Assembly: GCA_044376085.1 (NCBI GenBank)
Contig: JBILLN010000009.1
Span: forward strand, 524 to 64,523
Length of the DNA stretch: 64,000 nucleotides
Source: Bradymonadia bacterium
GTDB taxonomy: Bacteria > Myxococcota_A > Bradymonadia > UBA7976 > UBA1532
Direction of reading: 5' to 3'
Below the pieces are notes generated by a model. The model was not told where the DNA came from and ran no database searches. It saw only the letters and a program-made list of their open reading frames with translations. The position numbers and the translations under genes are program-made. This document shows, piece by piece, positions 55,331-63,970 of the stretch (positions are counted from its first letter, which is position 1; each line of letters starts with the position of its first letter).

Positions 55331-57154
55331 GTGAGCGATAAACTCCGATTCGGCGAGATCCTGGTACGCGCCGGCGTGCTCGACCGCAGCATGCTCGACG
55401 GTGTCATGCGCGAGCAGGACACCATGGGAGGCGATCTCGGCGAGCTCCTGGTCGCCCGCGGCTGCCTGGACGAAGCCTCCATGCTCACCGCGATCAGCAA
55501 GGCGCTCAACCGGCCGATCGTCTCCCTGGAGCAGGCGCAGCCGGATCCGCGGGCCCTGCAGCTCCTCGGCCGGGACACCTGCATCGAGCACCTTCTGTTT
55601 CCGATCGAAATCGAGCGCAGCAAGTCGGGCGAGCATCTGCACGTCGCGATGGCCAATCCGCTCGACGTGCGCGCCATCAAGCTCGTCATGCAGCAGGCGC
55701 GCCTGCGCATTCAGCCGCTGGTCTGCTCGGCGCGCGAAATCAAGGGCGCCATCGCTCGGTATTACGGTGGCCCCGTCCCGGGGGTCGAGCCTCCGCCCCG
55801 GGCCCGTCCCGCCCCGCCGACGGGCCTCATCGCGGCCCCGCCCCCGCCGCCTCCCTCCCTGACTTCCCCGGCGCCGAGCGTGGGCGTCGTGCGCGCACCG
55901 AGTGCCCCCGCGCAGCCGCCGGTGCGGGCCCCGAGCGCCCCGAGCCTCGGCGGCGGCCCCCCGCCCGGCTCTCAACCGCAAATGCCGGCGGCGCGTCCTT
56001 CCGGCGGTGCCGAGGCCATGTTCGACTTCGCGGTCATGGACCTCTCGCAGTACGACGAGAGCGAGCCTCCGCCGCCCCCCCCGGGCCCCCCCGGCCCCTC
56101 CCCGCTGTTCGGTCAGGCCCCGCCTCCGCCGGCGGCGCCCCCGTCGGGTCCCTCACCGCTCTTCGGTCAGGCGCCGCCCCGCGCCGCGACGGCCGGTACG
56201 TCCCCGCTCTTCGGTCAGGCCCCGCCCGGCCCGGCCCCGTCGGCCCCAGCGTCCGTCTTCGGCGCGGCGCCGGCCCCGGCCCTCGACGCCGACGTCGTCG
56301 ACCTTCTCGACAATACCTCCGACGACAGCCTCGTTCCGACGAGCGATCTCGGCCGCCCGCCCGCGCACCGGGGCGGGGCGTCGCGGAGCGAGCTCGAACC
56401 CCAGGCGTCCTCACCGGGGTTTGGTGCCCTGCGCGGCCGCCGGCACGCGCCGGAGCCATTGCCCGAACCACCGCCCCCCGCGCGGCCGCCGATGGCGGCC
56501 CAGGCCCCGCTGCCCCCGCCGCGGACCTCGGGTTCGGCGCTGCCACCCCTCCCCGCCCTGCCCGGTCGCGGCGGTCAGACCGCCCCACCCGGAGCGCAGG
56601 CGCCGGTGACCCAGCGCCCTCTGCCGCCCCTGCCGCCCCTGCCGGGCGCGGCCTCGCTTTCGGCGGTGCCGACTTCGAAGCCGATGCCGCCGCTTCCGCC
56701 GGCCTTGCGCACCAGCCGACCCAAGGGTGTCGATTCCGAGCCCCTGCTGCAGAGCCGTCCTTCGATGCCGGCGACGCCCCCGGCCCTGCAGCGCAGCGGC
56801 TCCCTCCCGAGCCCCGCGGGCGGCGCGATGCCCAGCGGGGTGATCGACGACGTCGGCGGCGAGGTCGAGCTCAAGTCGATCCTCGAGCGCTACACCCAGG
56901 CCCTCGAGGAGGGCAACGACGCCTCGGACGTCCTCATCGCCCAGTTCGTGCAGCGCTACGGCGCCCGCCGGCCGGTGCGACCCGTCGAGACGCTCCTGGG
57001 CACGCTCGACCTCCAGATGGACCGCGTCGGTCCCGGCCTGGCCCGGCTGGTGCTGGGGCTGGTGCGACACCTCGCGGAGCGCGGCCTGATCGATCTCGCG
57101 GAACTCCTCGCCGAATGTGGCGAAGATCAGACCGTTCCGCCGCGTCAATCGTAA
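55331..57154 (+). CDS. MshEN (T2SS-E N-terminal) domain protein with a long Pro-rich region
   Basis: GTG start. RFGEILVRAGVLDRSMLDGVMREQ-DTMGG-DLGELLVARGCLDEASMLTAISKA. Then a GspE-N-like fold (LLFPIEIE...LHVAMANPLDVRAIKLV). About 350 aa of Pro/Ala-rich sequence follows. Confidence 0.8.
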   Translation: MSDKLRFGEILVRAGVLDRSMLDGVMREQDTMGGDLGELLVARGCLDEASMLTAISKALNRPIVSLEQAQPDPRALQLLGRDTCIEHLLFPIEIERSKSGEHLHVAMANPLDVRAIKLVMQQARLRIQPLVCSAREIKGAIARYYGGPVPGVEPPPRARPAPPTGLIAAPPPPPPSLTSPAPSVGVVRAPSAPAQPPVRAPSAPSLGGGPPPGSQPQMPAARPSGGAEAMFDFAVMDLSQYDESEPPPPPPGPPGPSPLFGQAPPPPAAPPSGPSPLFGQAPPRAATAGTSPLFGQAPPGPAPSAPASVFGAAPAPALDADVVDLLDNTSDDSLVPTSDLGRPPAHRGGASRSELEPQASSPGFGALRGRRHAPEPLPEPPPPARPPMAAQAPLPPPRTSGSALPPLPALPGRGGQTAPPGAQAPVTQRPLPPLPPLPGAASLSAVPTSKPMPPLPPALRTSRPKGVDSEPLLQSRPSMPATPPALQRSGSLPSPAGGAMPSGVIDDVGGEVELKSILERYTQALEEGNDASDVLIAQFVQRYGARRPVRPVETLLGTLDLQMDRVGPGLARLVLGLVRHLAERGLIDLAELLAECGEDQTVPPRQS

Positions 57155-57179
57155 TGAGTACCCGGAAGACGATCTCTCG

Positions 57180-57866
57180 ATGCTCGCCCTCGTCCTGATG
57201 GTGTTCGGCCGCCGCGCGTCCGGTGACTCGCCCGGCCGCCCGTCCGGCGACGCGGACGAGGATCTGATGGAGCGCTTCCGGGACGGCGACGCGCGGGCCT
57301 TCGAGGTGCTCCTCGAACGGCACGAGCGAGGCGTGTTCCACTTCATTCTCCGGTTCGTGCAGGACCGCGAGCTGGCCAACGATCTGCTGCAGGAGTGCTT
57401 CCTGCGGGTGGTGAAGAACGCGAAGAGTTACAGCCGCAAGGCACGGTTCACGACATGGCTCTACACGATCGCCCGCAATCAGTGCATCGACGCCGCCCGC
57501 AAGGCCCGGCATCGGCGCGCGGACAGTCTGGACGCCCCCGTGGCCGGTGATCCCGACGGCCGCCCCCTGGGCGAGACCATCGCCGGCCACAGCGACGCCG
57601 GTTTCGAGCGGACGGACGCGCGTGAAATGAAGACGCGCATCGAAGCCGCCATCGCCCAGTTGAGTGACGAACAACGAGAGGTCTTCGTGATGCGCGAACT
57701 CATGCAGCTCCAGTTCAACGAGATCGCCGAGATCGTCGGCATCTCCGAGAACACCGTGAAGAGCCGCATGCGCTACGCTCTCGAAAACCTGCGCCTGCGC
57801 CTGGCCGACTACGCGCCCGACGTGCCCAACGCCGCGGACCCCGTCGCCGCGCGCCACCGAGCCTGA
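57180..57866 (+). CDS. ECF (RpoE-like) sigma-70 family factor
   Basis: Region 2 (FEVLLERHERGVFHFILRFV...DLLQECFLRVV...FTTWLYTIARNQCIDAAR). Region 4 HTH (QREVFVMRELMQLQFNEIAEIVGISENTVKSRMRYAL). Start could be 57117, 57180 or 57198. Confidence 0.88.
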   Translation: MLALVLMVFGRRASGDSPGRPSGDADEDLMERFRDGDARAFEVLLERHERGVFHFILRFVQDRELANDLLQECFLRVVKNAKSYSRKARFTTWLYTIARNQCIDAARKARHRRADSLDAPVAGDPDGRPLGETIAGHSDAGFERTDAREMKTRIEAAIAQLSDEQREVFVMRELMQLQFNEIAEIVGISENTVKSRMRYALENLRLRLADYAPDVPNAADPVAARHRA

Positions 57867-57868
57867 CC

Positions 57869-59425
57869 GTGTCCGACGACCGCCCCGATTCCGAGAACCT
57901 GCTCGATCTGCTCTACCCCGAAGGGCAGGATCCCGCGCACCTCGAGCGCCTGCGTCGAGCCGTCGCGGCCGATCCGCAGGCGACCGAGCGGCTGCGCGGT
58001 TACCAGGAGGTCCGGCGCATGGTCGCCGAGCTCCCCGTGCCCGAACCCGAGCGGGCCGTTCACTATGAGATTCTGCGGCAGGCGCGGGCGGCTGCGGCCG
58101 CGTCGAGCGCCGATTCGTCGCGACGCGGGTGGAGGGCCTGGCTCTCCGGCGGGCACTTCGGCCCGGCACTGGCGGGGGCCCTGGGCCTCGTGCTGGCCGT
58201 GGGCGGCACGATGATGCTCACCCGGGAGGACGCCGCCGAAGCGCCCTCGCCGGTCGAAACCGCGGCGGCCCCGGCCCATGTCTCGCCACACGGAGCGGTC
58301 TCGGCGGACCGGGCCACCGGTGCGGGCGATGCCCCCGCCGTCGCCGCCGCCCCGTCACCGGCCAAGGAGGCGCCGCCGGTCGCCCAGACGTGGGCCAACG
58401 CCCCCGCCGCGGCCGCCCCGGCGTTGGAGCTCGCCGAGGGCGCCTCGGACAAGGCCGTCGCTCGCCGAGGCCCGGGTAGCAATACCGGCGACGGGCTCGG
58501 CGTGCTCGGCGGCAAGGGCGGCGGCGGGTACGGTCGGGGTGCGGGCGCGACGGCGACCTCCGCCGACCCCCGCGCCGAGTCGAAGGCCGAGGCGAGCGCC
58601 GATCCGTTTCCGTCCGGTGGGGATGCCCCGGCCGGTGCCGGCGCTGCGCGGGGCTTCGCGCCCCCGCCCAAGAGCGCCGAAAGCGAGACGACCCGCGGGC
58701 CGGCCGACGAGGCCCCGATGCGGGACGCCTACGAGGCGGACGACGGCATCATCGGCGGTGTGGCCCCGAAGGCCCCCGCCCCCGAGGAAGAAAGGCGCCG
58801 CGAGTCGGCCAAACCGATGGCTCGGCGACCCGCGGAGGACCAGGAGAAGGCGTCGGCCGACGTGGACGACCTGCTCGGCGCCGAGCCGGCCGCTCAGCCC
58901 GTGCAGGCCGCCGCTGCGCCCGCCGCCCCACCGCCCCCGCCGGCCGCCGCCGCGCCCGCCCCGACGCGACCGGAGCCCGCCAAGAAGGCCAAGTCGGCGG
59001 AGCGGGCCTCGGCCTCGGCGCGAGCGGACGAGAACGCCGAAGTCGCGGAGAGACGGCCGGAGGCCGGCGCCGGGGACCCCCTGGCGCTCGCCCGCGTGGC
59101 GCGCAAGGTCCAGCAGTGGCGGGTGGCCGTGCGCCACTACCAGGACTACCTCGACCGCATCCCCGAGGCGCAGCGCATGCCCGCGGTGCTCTTCGAGACG
59201 GCCGACGCATACGAACGCGCGGGGGAGACGGCCCGAGCCCTCGAGCTCTATCGGCTGGTCGCACGCAGCGGCGGACCCCAGGCGGGCGCCGCCGAGAAGC
59301 GCATCGCCGCTCTGGAAGCGGCCCGTCGCCCGCAGGCGGCGCCTCCCAAGGCCAGCCCCCAAGCCGCTCCACCCGCCCAGGACGAAGTGCAGGCCGAGCC
59401 GGCGACCCCCGCGGAACGCAAGTAG
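57869..59425 (+). CDS. Putative anti-sigma factor: single TM, Ala/Pro-rich region, TPR-like C-terminus
   Basis: GTG 2 nt after the sigma gene stop. N-terminal approximately 90 aa cytoplasmic segment. TM GPALAGALGLVLAVGGTMML. Assignment rests on position and architecture only. Confidence 0.62.
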   Translation: MSDDRPDSENLLDLLYPEGQDPAHLERLRRAVAADPQATERLRGYQEVRRMVAELPVPEPERAVHYEILRQARAAAAASSADSSRRGWRAWLSGGHFGPALAGALGLVLAVGGTMMLTREDAAEAPSPVETAAAPAHVSPHGAVSADRATGAGDAPAVAAAPSPAKEAPPVAQTWANAPAAAAPALELAEGASDKAVARRGPGSNTGDGLGVLGGKGGGGYGRGAGATATSADPRAESKAEASADPFPSGGDAPAGAGAARGFAPPPKSAESETTRGPADEAPMRDAYEADDGIIGGVAPKAPAPEEERRRESAKPMARRPAEDQEKASADVDDLLGAEPAAQPVQAAAAPAAPPPPPAAAAPAPTRPEPAKKAKSAERASASARADENAEVAERRPEAGAGDPLALARVARKVQQWRVAVRHYQDYLDRIPEAQRMPAVLFETADAYERAGETARALELYRLVARSGGPQAGAAEKRIAALEAARRPQAAPPKASPQAAPPAQDEVQAEPATPAERK

Positions 59426-59432
59426 ACCGCGC

Positions 59433-60974
59433 TCAGGGGGCGGACGGCGGCGCGACGGGTGACGCGAGCGGTGGTCGCAGGGTTCCGGTCGTGGGATCGA
59501 ACGCGCCGAGCAGCGCCAGCATCTGTTCGTGGACCCGCCACACCTCCCAGCCGCGCCCCGTGACCTCATTGGTCAGAATCGAGAACGCCGCCAGGGTGCC
59601 GTCGGCGAACGGGGCGTAACCCGACAACGCCACGACGCCGTCGAGCGTGCCGGTCTTGGCGCGGATGGTGTACGGCTCGAAGCTGCGCGCGCGTTTCCAC
59701 ATCGTGCCGTCCAGGCCGCCGATGGCCAGCGAGGCGGCGAACTCGGGCAGGGCCGGGCGGCGGGTCTGCATGTAGGTCAGCACCCGGACCAGGTCGCGGG
59801 GGGACATCGCCGTGTCTCCGAAAAGTCCCGAGCCGTTCGCGTATCTCAGGATTTCGCGACGCAGCTCCGTACGAGCCCACTCCAGAACGACCGCCCGTCC
59901 CGCCGTCCAGTCGCCGCGCCCCCGCCGGACCGCACCGAGCGTCCGGACGAGCTGCTCGGCCATGAAGTTGTTCGAGTACTTGTTCACGTCGCCGACGATG
60001 ACCGCCAACGGGCGCGAGGCCGTCCGTCCGAGCAGCGTGGCGCTCGCGGGCGCCGTGCCGGTCTTCACCTGACCCCTCACGGGAATGCCCATCTGCGCGA
60101 GCAGGTGCCGGGCCGTCGTCCCGAGGAACACCGCCGGATTCTCGATGCGCCGGCGCGTGGTGAACGGCGGCGCGTCGAGCGGGAGGCTCCCGGTCAATAC
60201 GACCTCCACCCGCTCCCCCTTCGGAACGACCTTGACGTTGAGTTTCGAGCGTCCCTTGGCGCGGGTGCGCGTGGCGTTCTTCACCGTCGCGTAGCCGCCT
60301 TCGGGCGACAGCCGGACCACCGCGGGGGCCCCCACGGTCGCGCCCGGCGTCACCGTGAGGCTCACCTGATTGAAGTTCAGGCTCGCCGCCCCGGATGGCG
60401 CCCGAAAGGCCTCGTCCGTGCGCTGGGACTCGAATCCGGGCGGCGTGTGCTCCTTCGTGAAGAAGCTCTCGTCGACGACGAGGTCGCCGGCGACCTCCCG
60501 CAGCCCGGCGACCCGCGCTTCGTCCAGCAACTTCCACAGGTTTTCGGTCATGAACGTCGGATCGCCGCGCCCGACGAGGAACAGCGTCGGCGCGACACCG
60601 TCGACGAGGGGCTCGGGGGTGACGACGTCCGTGGTGAAGACGTACGTGGGTCCGAGGGTCACGAGCGCCGCCGCGGTGGTGAGCAGCTTGGTGTTCGAGG
60701 CCGGATGCAAGGCCTCGTCCGCCGCGAGGGCGTAGACGGGCTCGCCCGAGCCGTCGGCGCGGGTGATGAGCACGCCGATTCGGGCGCCCGCCAGCGCCCG
60801 GTCGGAGAGCAGGGGAGCGATGGCCTCGACGAGCGCCGGTGCCCCCGCGGCCGACGGGGCCGACGCATCATCGGCCACCGCCTTTGCCGGTGGGGACGCG
60901 ACGCTCGCGTTCAGGGGCACGAGCGTCCAAGCCAGCGCCACGGTGAGCGCTCGAGGTGGGAGAAATGCGGACAT
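59433..60974 (-). CDS. dacB: D-alanyl-D-alanine carboxypeptidase/endopeptidase (PBP4, peptidase S13)
   Basis: SxxK (ASNTK), SxN (YSNN) and KTG (AKTGTL) motifs in the S13 order. Signal peptide present. Start could be 60974 or 61010. Confidence 0.88.
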   Translation of the reverse strand: MSAFLPPRALTVALAWTLVPLNASVASPPAKAVADDASAPSAAGAPALVEAIAPLLSDRALAGARIGVLITRADGSGEPVYALAADEALHPASNTKLLTTAAALVTLGPTYVFTTDVVTPEPLVDGVAPTLFLVGRGDPTFMTENLWKLLDEARVAGLREVAGDLVVDESFFTKEHTPPGFESQRTDEAFRAPSGAASLNFNQVSLTVTPGATVGAPAVVRLSPEGGYATVKNATRTRAKGRSKLNVKVVPKGERVEVVLTGSLPLDAPPFTTRRRIENPAVFLGTTARHLLAQMGIPVRGQVKTGTAPASATLLGRTASRPLAVIVGDVNKYSNNFMAEQLVRTLGAVRRGRGDWTAGRAVVLEWARTELRREILRYANGSGLFGDTAMSPRDLVRVLTYMQTRRPALPEFAASLAIGGLDGTMWKRARSFEPYTIRAKTGTLDGVVALSGYAPFADGTLAAFSILTNEVTGRGWEVWRVHEQMLALLGAFDPTTGTLRPPLASPVAPPSAP

Positions 60975-61008
60975 GGTGCCATCCTGCCGCACCCGGGCCC
61001 GGCGCGCC

Positions 61009-61611
61009 ATGGGCAACGAATCATTGAAGCAGCGGGGTGGCCTGACGCATCTTCCCTGCGTGGACTCCCTGCGCCCCGTTTTCCGCTGGCTCGCCCTCAT
61101 CGCCCTCGTCGGGCTGGTCGTTCAGTCCCTCGCGGGGGGTCGGGGCGGTCCCCCGGCCGGCAGTGCCGCCCCCGACATCCGGGCGCCGCTGCTCGGCGCG
61201 AACGCACCGTTCGAGCTCTCGGCCTACAGGGGCAAGACCATCGTCCTCGACTTCTGGGCGACGTGGTGCCCACCCTGCCAGCGCACGCTGCCCGCCCTGC
61301 AGACGCTGCACGAGCGGTACGCGGGCACGGACGTCGCCATCTACAGCGTCAATACGGACGACGGCCGCGACCGCGCCGGCGCCATTTCGCGCTTCGTGAA
61401 CGAGCGGGGTTACCGGTTTCCGGTCATCCTCGACGACGGCGCCATCTCCCGCGACTACCGCGTGGAGGCCATCCCCACGCTGGTCGTCATTCGCCCCGAC
61501 GGCCTCGTGGAAGAGGCGCACGTCGGCCTGCTGCACCAGGACGCGAACGCCATCGCCGAGAGCATCGGTGAGATGATCGAAGCGGCCCGCAAGGCCGGCC
61601 CCGGCGCCTGA
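61009..61611 (+). CDS. TlpA/ResA-like thiol:disulfide oxidoreductase (membrane-anchored thioredoxin fold)
   Basis: TM FRWLALIALVGLVVQSL. Active site FWATWCPPCQ. Start uncertain. Confidence 0.85.
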   Translation: MGNESLKQRGGLTHLPCVDSLRPVFRWLALIALVGLVVQSLAGGRGGPPAGSAAPDIRAPLLGANAPFELSAYRGKTIVLDFWATWCPPCQRTLPALQTLHERYAGTDVAIYSVNTDDGRDRAGAISRFVNERGYRFPVILDDGAISRDYRVEAIPTLVVIRPDGLVEEAHVGLLHQDANAIAESIGEMIEAARKAGPGA

Positions 61612-61614
61612 GGC

Positions 61615-62709
61615 CTACTTGCCGTCCTTGAGGCGGCGGGCGATGCGCTGGTGCTCGCGATTGCCGAGGACCTCGCGGGCGTGCACCCGGTCGACCGTGC
61701 GCACCACCCGGAAGTGTCGGGCCTTGAGGTCGCGGATGCGATTGAACGAGCGTTCCCAGAGGTGCTTGGGGTAGCTGCCGGTTTCGGCCTCTTTGAGCAG
61801 GGTCTCGAGCACGGCGACCTGCCGGTCGATGGAGTGGCACACGAGGAAGAGGTCGAGACCGGCGTCGAGGGCGAGCAGCGTCGCGCCCTCGATGGTGTAG
61901 TGGTCCACGATGGCCTTCATCTCGAGGTCGTCGCTGATCGTGAGGCCCTTGTACCCGAGGTCCATGCGGAGGAGGTCCTGCAGGATCGGCCGGCTCAGGG
62001 TCGCGGGGTGCTCCGGATCGATCTTGGGGTACTTGACGTGGGCCGTCATCACCAGATCGAGCACGGGCGACTTGTGGAACGCCGTGTGGAACGGGATGAG
62101 CTCGCAGCTCTTCAACCGTTCCATGTCCGCCTCGCTGTAGGCCATCTCGAGGTGGCTGTCCTGCCGGGTGTCGCCGTGACCGGGGAAGTGCTTGCCGCAG
62201 GCGACGACCGAGTTGTCGTGCAGCCCGCGCACCACCGCGCGCCCGAGGCTGGCCACCTGCTGCGCATTGTTGGAGATGGCCCGTCGCCCGATGACCGGGT
62301 TGGCCGGGTTGGTGTTGACGTCGAGCACCGGGGCGAAGTTCAGATTGAACCCCGCCGCCGTCAGCTCCCGACCCACGACGGCGCCCACCTCGTAGGCGAG
62401 CGAGACGGAGCCGACCTGGCCCAGATGTGCCATGTCCGGGAAGACCGTGAATGGCTTGGGCAGCCGATGAACGAGCCCGCCCTCCTGGTCGACGCCGATG
62501 AAGGGCGGCACCCCGCCCCCGAGTGCCCACAGGCCCTCGGTCAGATCGAGGACCTGCTCGAAGGTGGGCAGGTTGCGCTTGAAGAGAATGAACCCGCCGA
62601 GGCCCCATTCTTCATCGAGACGCAGGACCTCCTGGGGGATCTTCGGGCCGTCGAACCCGACGATCAACCGTTGGCCAATGCGTCGTTTGAGGGTCCGCAG
62701 ATCCGACAT
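61615..62709 (-). CDS. nagZ: Beta-N-acetylhexosaminidase (GH3, NagZ)
   Basis: GGFILFKRN, VDQEGG.V.RL and KHFPGHGDTRQDSH: characteristic NagZ motifs. GGAG SD. Confidence 0.9.
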   Translation of the reverse strand: MSDLRTLKRRIGQRLIVGFDGPKIPQEVLRLDEEWGLGGFILFKRNLPTFEQVLDLTEGLWALGGGVPPFIGVDQEGGLVHRLPKPFTVFPDMAHLGQVGSVSLAYEVGAVVGRELTAAGFNLNFAPVLDVNTNPANPVIGRRAISNNAQQVASLGRAVVRGLHDNSVVACGKHFPGHGDTRQDSHLEMAYSEADMERLKSCELIPFHTAFHKSPVLDLVMTAHVKYPKIDPEHPATLSRPILQDLLRMDLGYKGLTISDDLEMKAIVDHYTIEGATLLALDAGLDLFLVCHSIDRQVAVLETLLKEAETGSYPKHLWERSFNRIRDLKARHFRVVRTVDRVHAREVLGNREHQRIARRLKDGK

Positions 62710-62855
62710 GGGGGCTCCAGGCGAGCGACGAGGGCATACGAGGGCAGAGAACGAGGGCGCAGATTCGGGCGTCGGAATCTAGCAGTAGCGGCCGCCGCTG
62801 ACAACGGAAGATTCTCGCGTGGCCCCGGTCGAGGGCGGTCCCCGCGAATTTCTGC

Positions 62856-62884
62856 TTGACCGTCTCCGTCGACGTCCCTATAGT
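62856..62884 (+). promoter_or_regulatory. Sigma-70 promoter of the tRNA gene
   Basis: TTGACC-N17-TATAGT. The -10 element ends 13 nt before tRNA position 1. Confidence 0.6.
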
Positions 62885-62897
62885 GCCGGCCGTCCCT

Positions 62898-62970
62898 GGG
62901 GCTGTAGCTCAGCTGGGAGAGCGCTAGAATCGCACTCTAGAGGTCAGGGGTTCGATCCCCCTCAGCTCCA
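62898..62970 (+). tRNA. tRNA-Ala (anticodon CGC); CCA not encoded
   Basis: Cloverleaf folded by hand. Acceptor GGGGCTG/CAGCTCC with the G3:U70 Ala identity pair. D-arm GTAGCTCAGCTGGGAGAGC. Anticodon loop aTCGCAc. T-arm AGGGGTTCGATCCCCT. Confidence 0.93.
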
Positions 62971-62983
62971 CACTCTCGAGAAG

Positions 62984-63009
62984 CCCGCCGATGACCTCGG
63001 CGGGTTTTT
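62984..63009 (+). terminator. Rho-independent terminator after the tRNA
   Basis: CCCGCCG-atgacct-CGGCGGG stem-loop followed by TTTTT. Confidence 0.7.
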
Positions 63010-63088
63010 CGTTTCAGGGCACTCCTCGGGCGTCGTTCGCTCGACCCCTTGACCCTCCGGCGCGACGCGCGCACCGTTCGCTTCCGAC

Positions 63089-63970
63089 ATGCGCATCCAC
63101 CGCCGCACCCTCATCGCCGCGGACGGTTCGCGCCTCGCCTGGGACATCGCCGGCGAGGGGCACCGCACCGGCCGCCCGCCCGTGCTCCTGTGCAATGGGC
63201 TCATCACCAACACCATTTTCTGGCGCGAACTGCTGCCCGACCTCGAGGCCGGACACACGGTCGTGAGCTGGGACCTCAAGGGCCACGGGGACTCGGGGCC
63301 GGCCCGGACGCCGGGCGGCGCGACCATCGCGGCGGCGGCGGACGACGCGCTGGCGGTGCTGGACGCGGCAGGGCTCCGCGAGGCCGTGGTGGTGGGGTTC
63401 TCCATGGGGTGTCAGGTCGCGGCGGAGATTCATCGACGGGCGCCGACCCGGGTCCGGGGGCTCGCGTTCGTGTTCGGTCCGGTGGGGCCCGTCTTCGAGA
63501 CGGCCTTCGGGCCTTTCGGCCCCTTGCTCGGCGGCCTCACGCGCGCGACGCACCCGCGGGTTCTGATGGCGCTGCTCCACGCGGCCGCCCGGCTCGGGGC
63601 CCCTCCCCTGGGGCCCATCGTCGCGTCGCGGCTCGGCCTCATCGGCCCCACGATGAGTCCGAACGATCTCGCCGGCATCCTGGCGCACTGGCGGCAGCTT
63701 CACGGGCCCACCGTCCGCCGTCTGGCGCTGGACGCCGGCCGGTACGATGCCCGGCCGCACCTGCCGTCCGTCCGCGTGCCGACCCTGGTGCTCGCCGGCG
63801 ACCGCGACGTCTTCGCGCCGCCCCGGAAAGTCGGGCTGCCCCTGCACGCGGCCCTGCCCGGGGCCCGCCTCGTCCGGTTGCCCCACGGCACCCACTCCAG
63901 CACGCTGGAGCACACCGACGACGTCCGCGAGGCCCTGCTGGACTTCCTCGGCGCGATCCCGTCGGCCTGA
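63089..63970 (+). CDS. Alpha/beta-fold hydrolase
   Basis: HG-type oxyanion region (VLLCNGL), DLKGHGDS, nucleophile elbow GFSMG, and C-terminal HGTH (catalytic His context). Confidence 0.85.
   Translation: MRIHRRTLIAADGSRLAWDIAGEGHRTGRPPVLLCNGLITNTIFWRELLPDLEAGHTVVSWDLKGHGDSGPARTPGGATIAAAADDALAVLDAAGLREAVVVGFSMGCQVAAEIHRRAPTRVRGLAFVFGPVGPVFETAFGPFGPLLGGLTRATHPRVLMALLHAAARLGAPPLGPIVASRLGLIGPTMSPNDLAGILAHWRQLHGPTVRRLALDAGRYDARPHLPSVRVPTLVLAGDRDVFAPPRKVGLPLHAALPGARLVRLPHGTHSSTLEHTDDVREALLDFLGAIPSA

Noticed and set aside
57117-57179. ATG 57117 as the start of the ECF sigma gene
   Set aside because: It would overlap the upstream gene by 38 nt and add a hydrophobic or basic extension not typical of ECF sigmas. 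ATG 57180 is preferred, but this remains unresolved.
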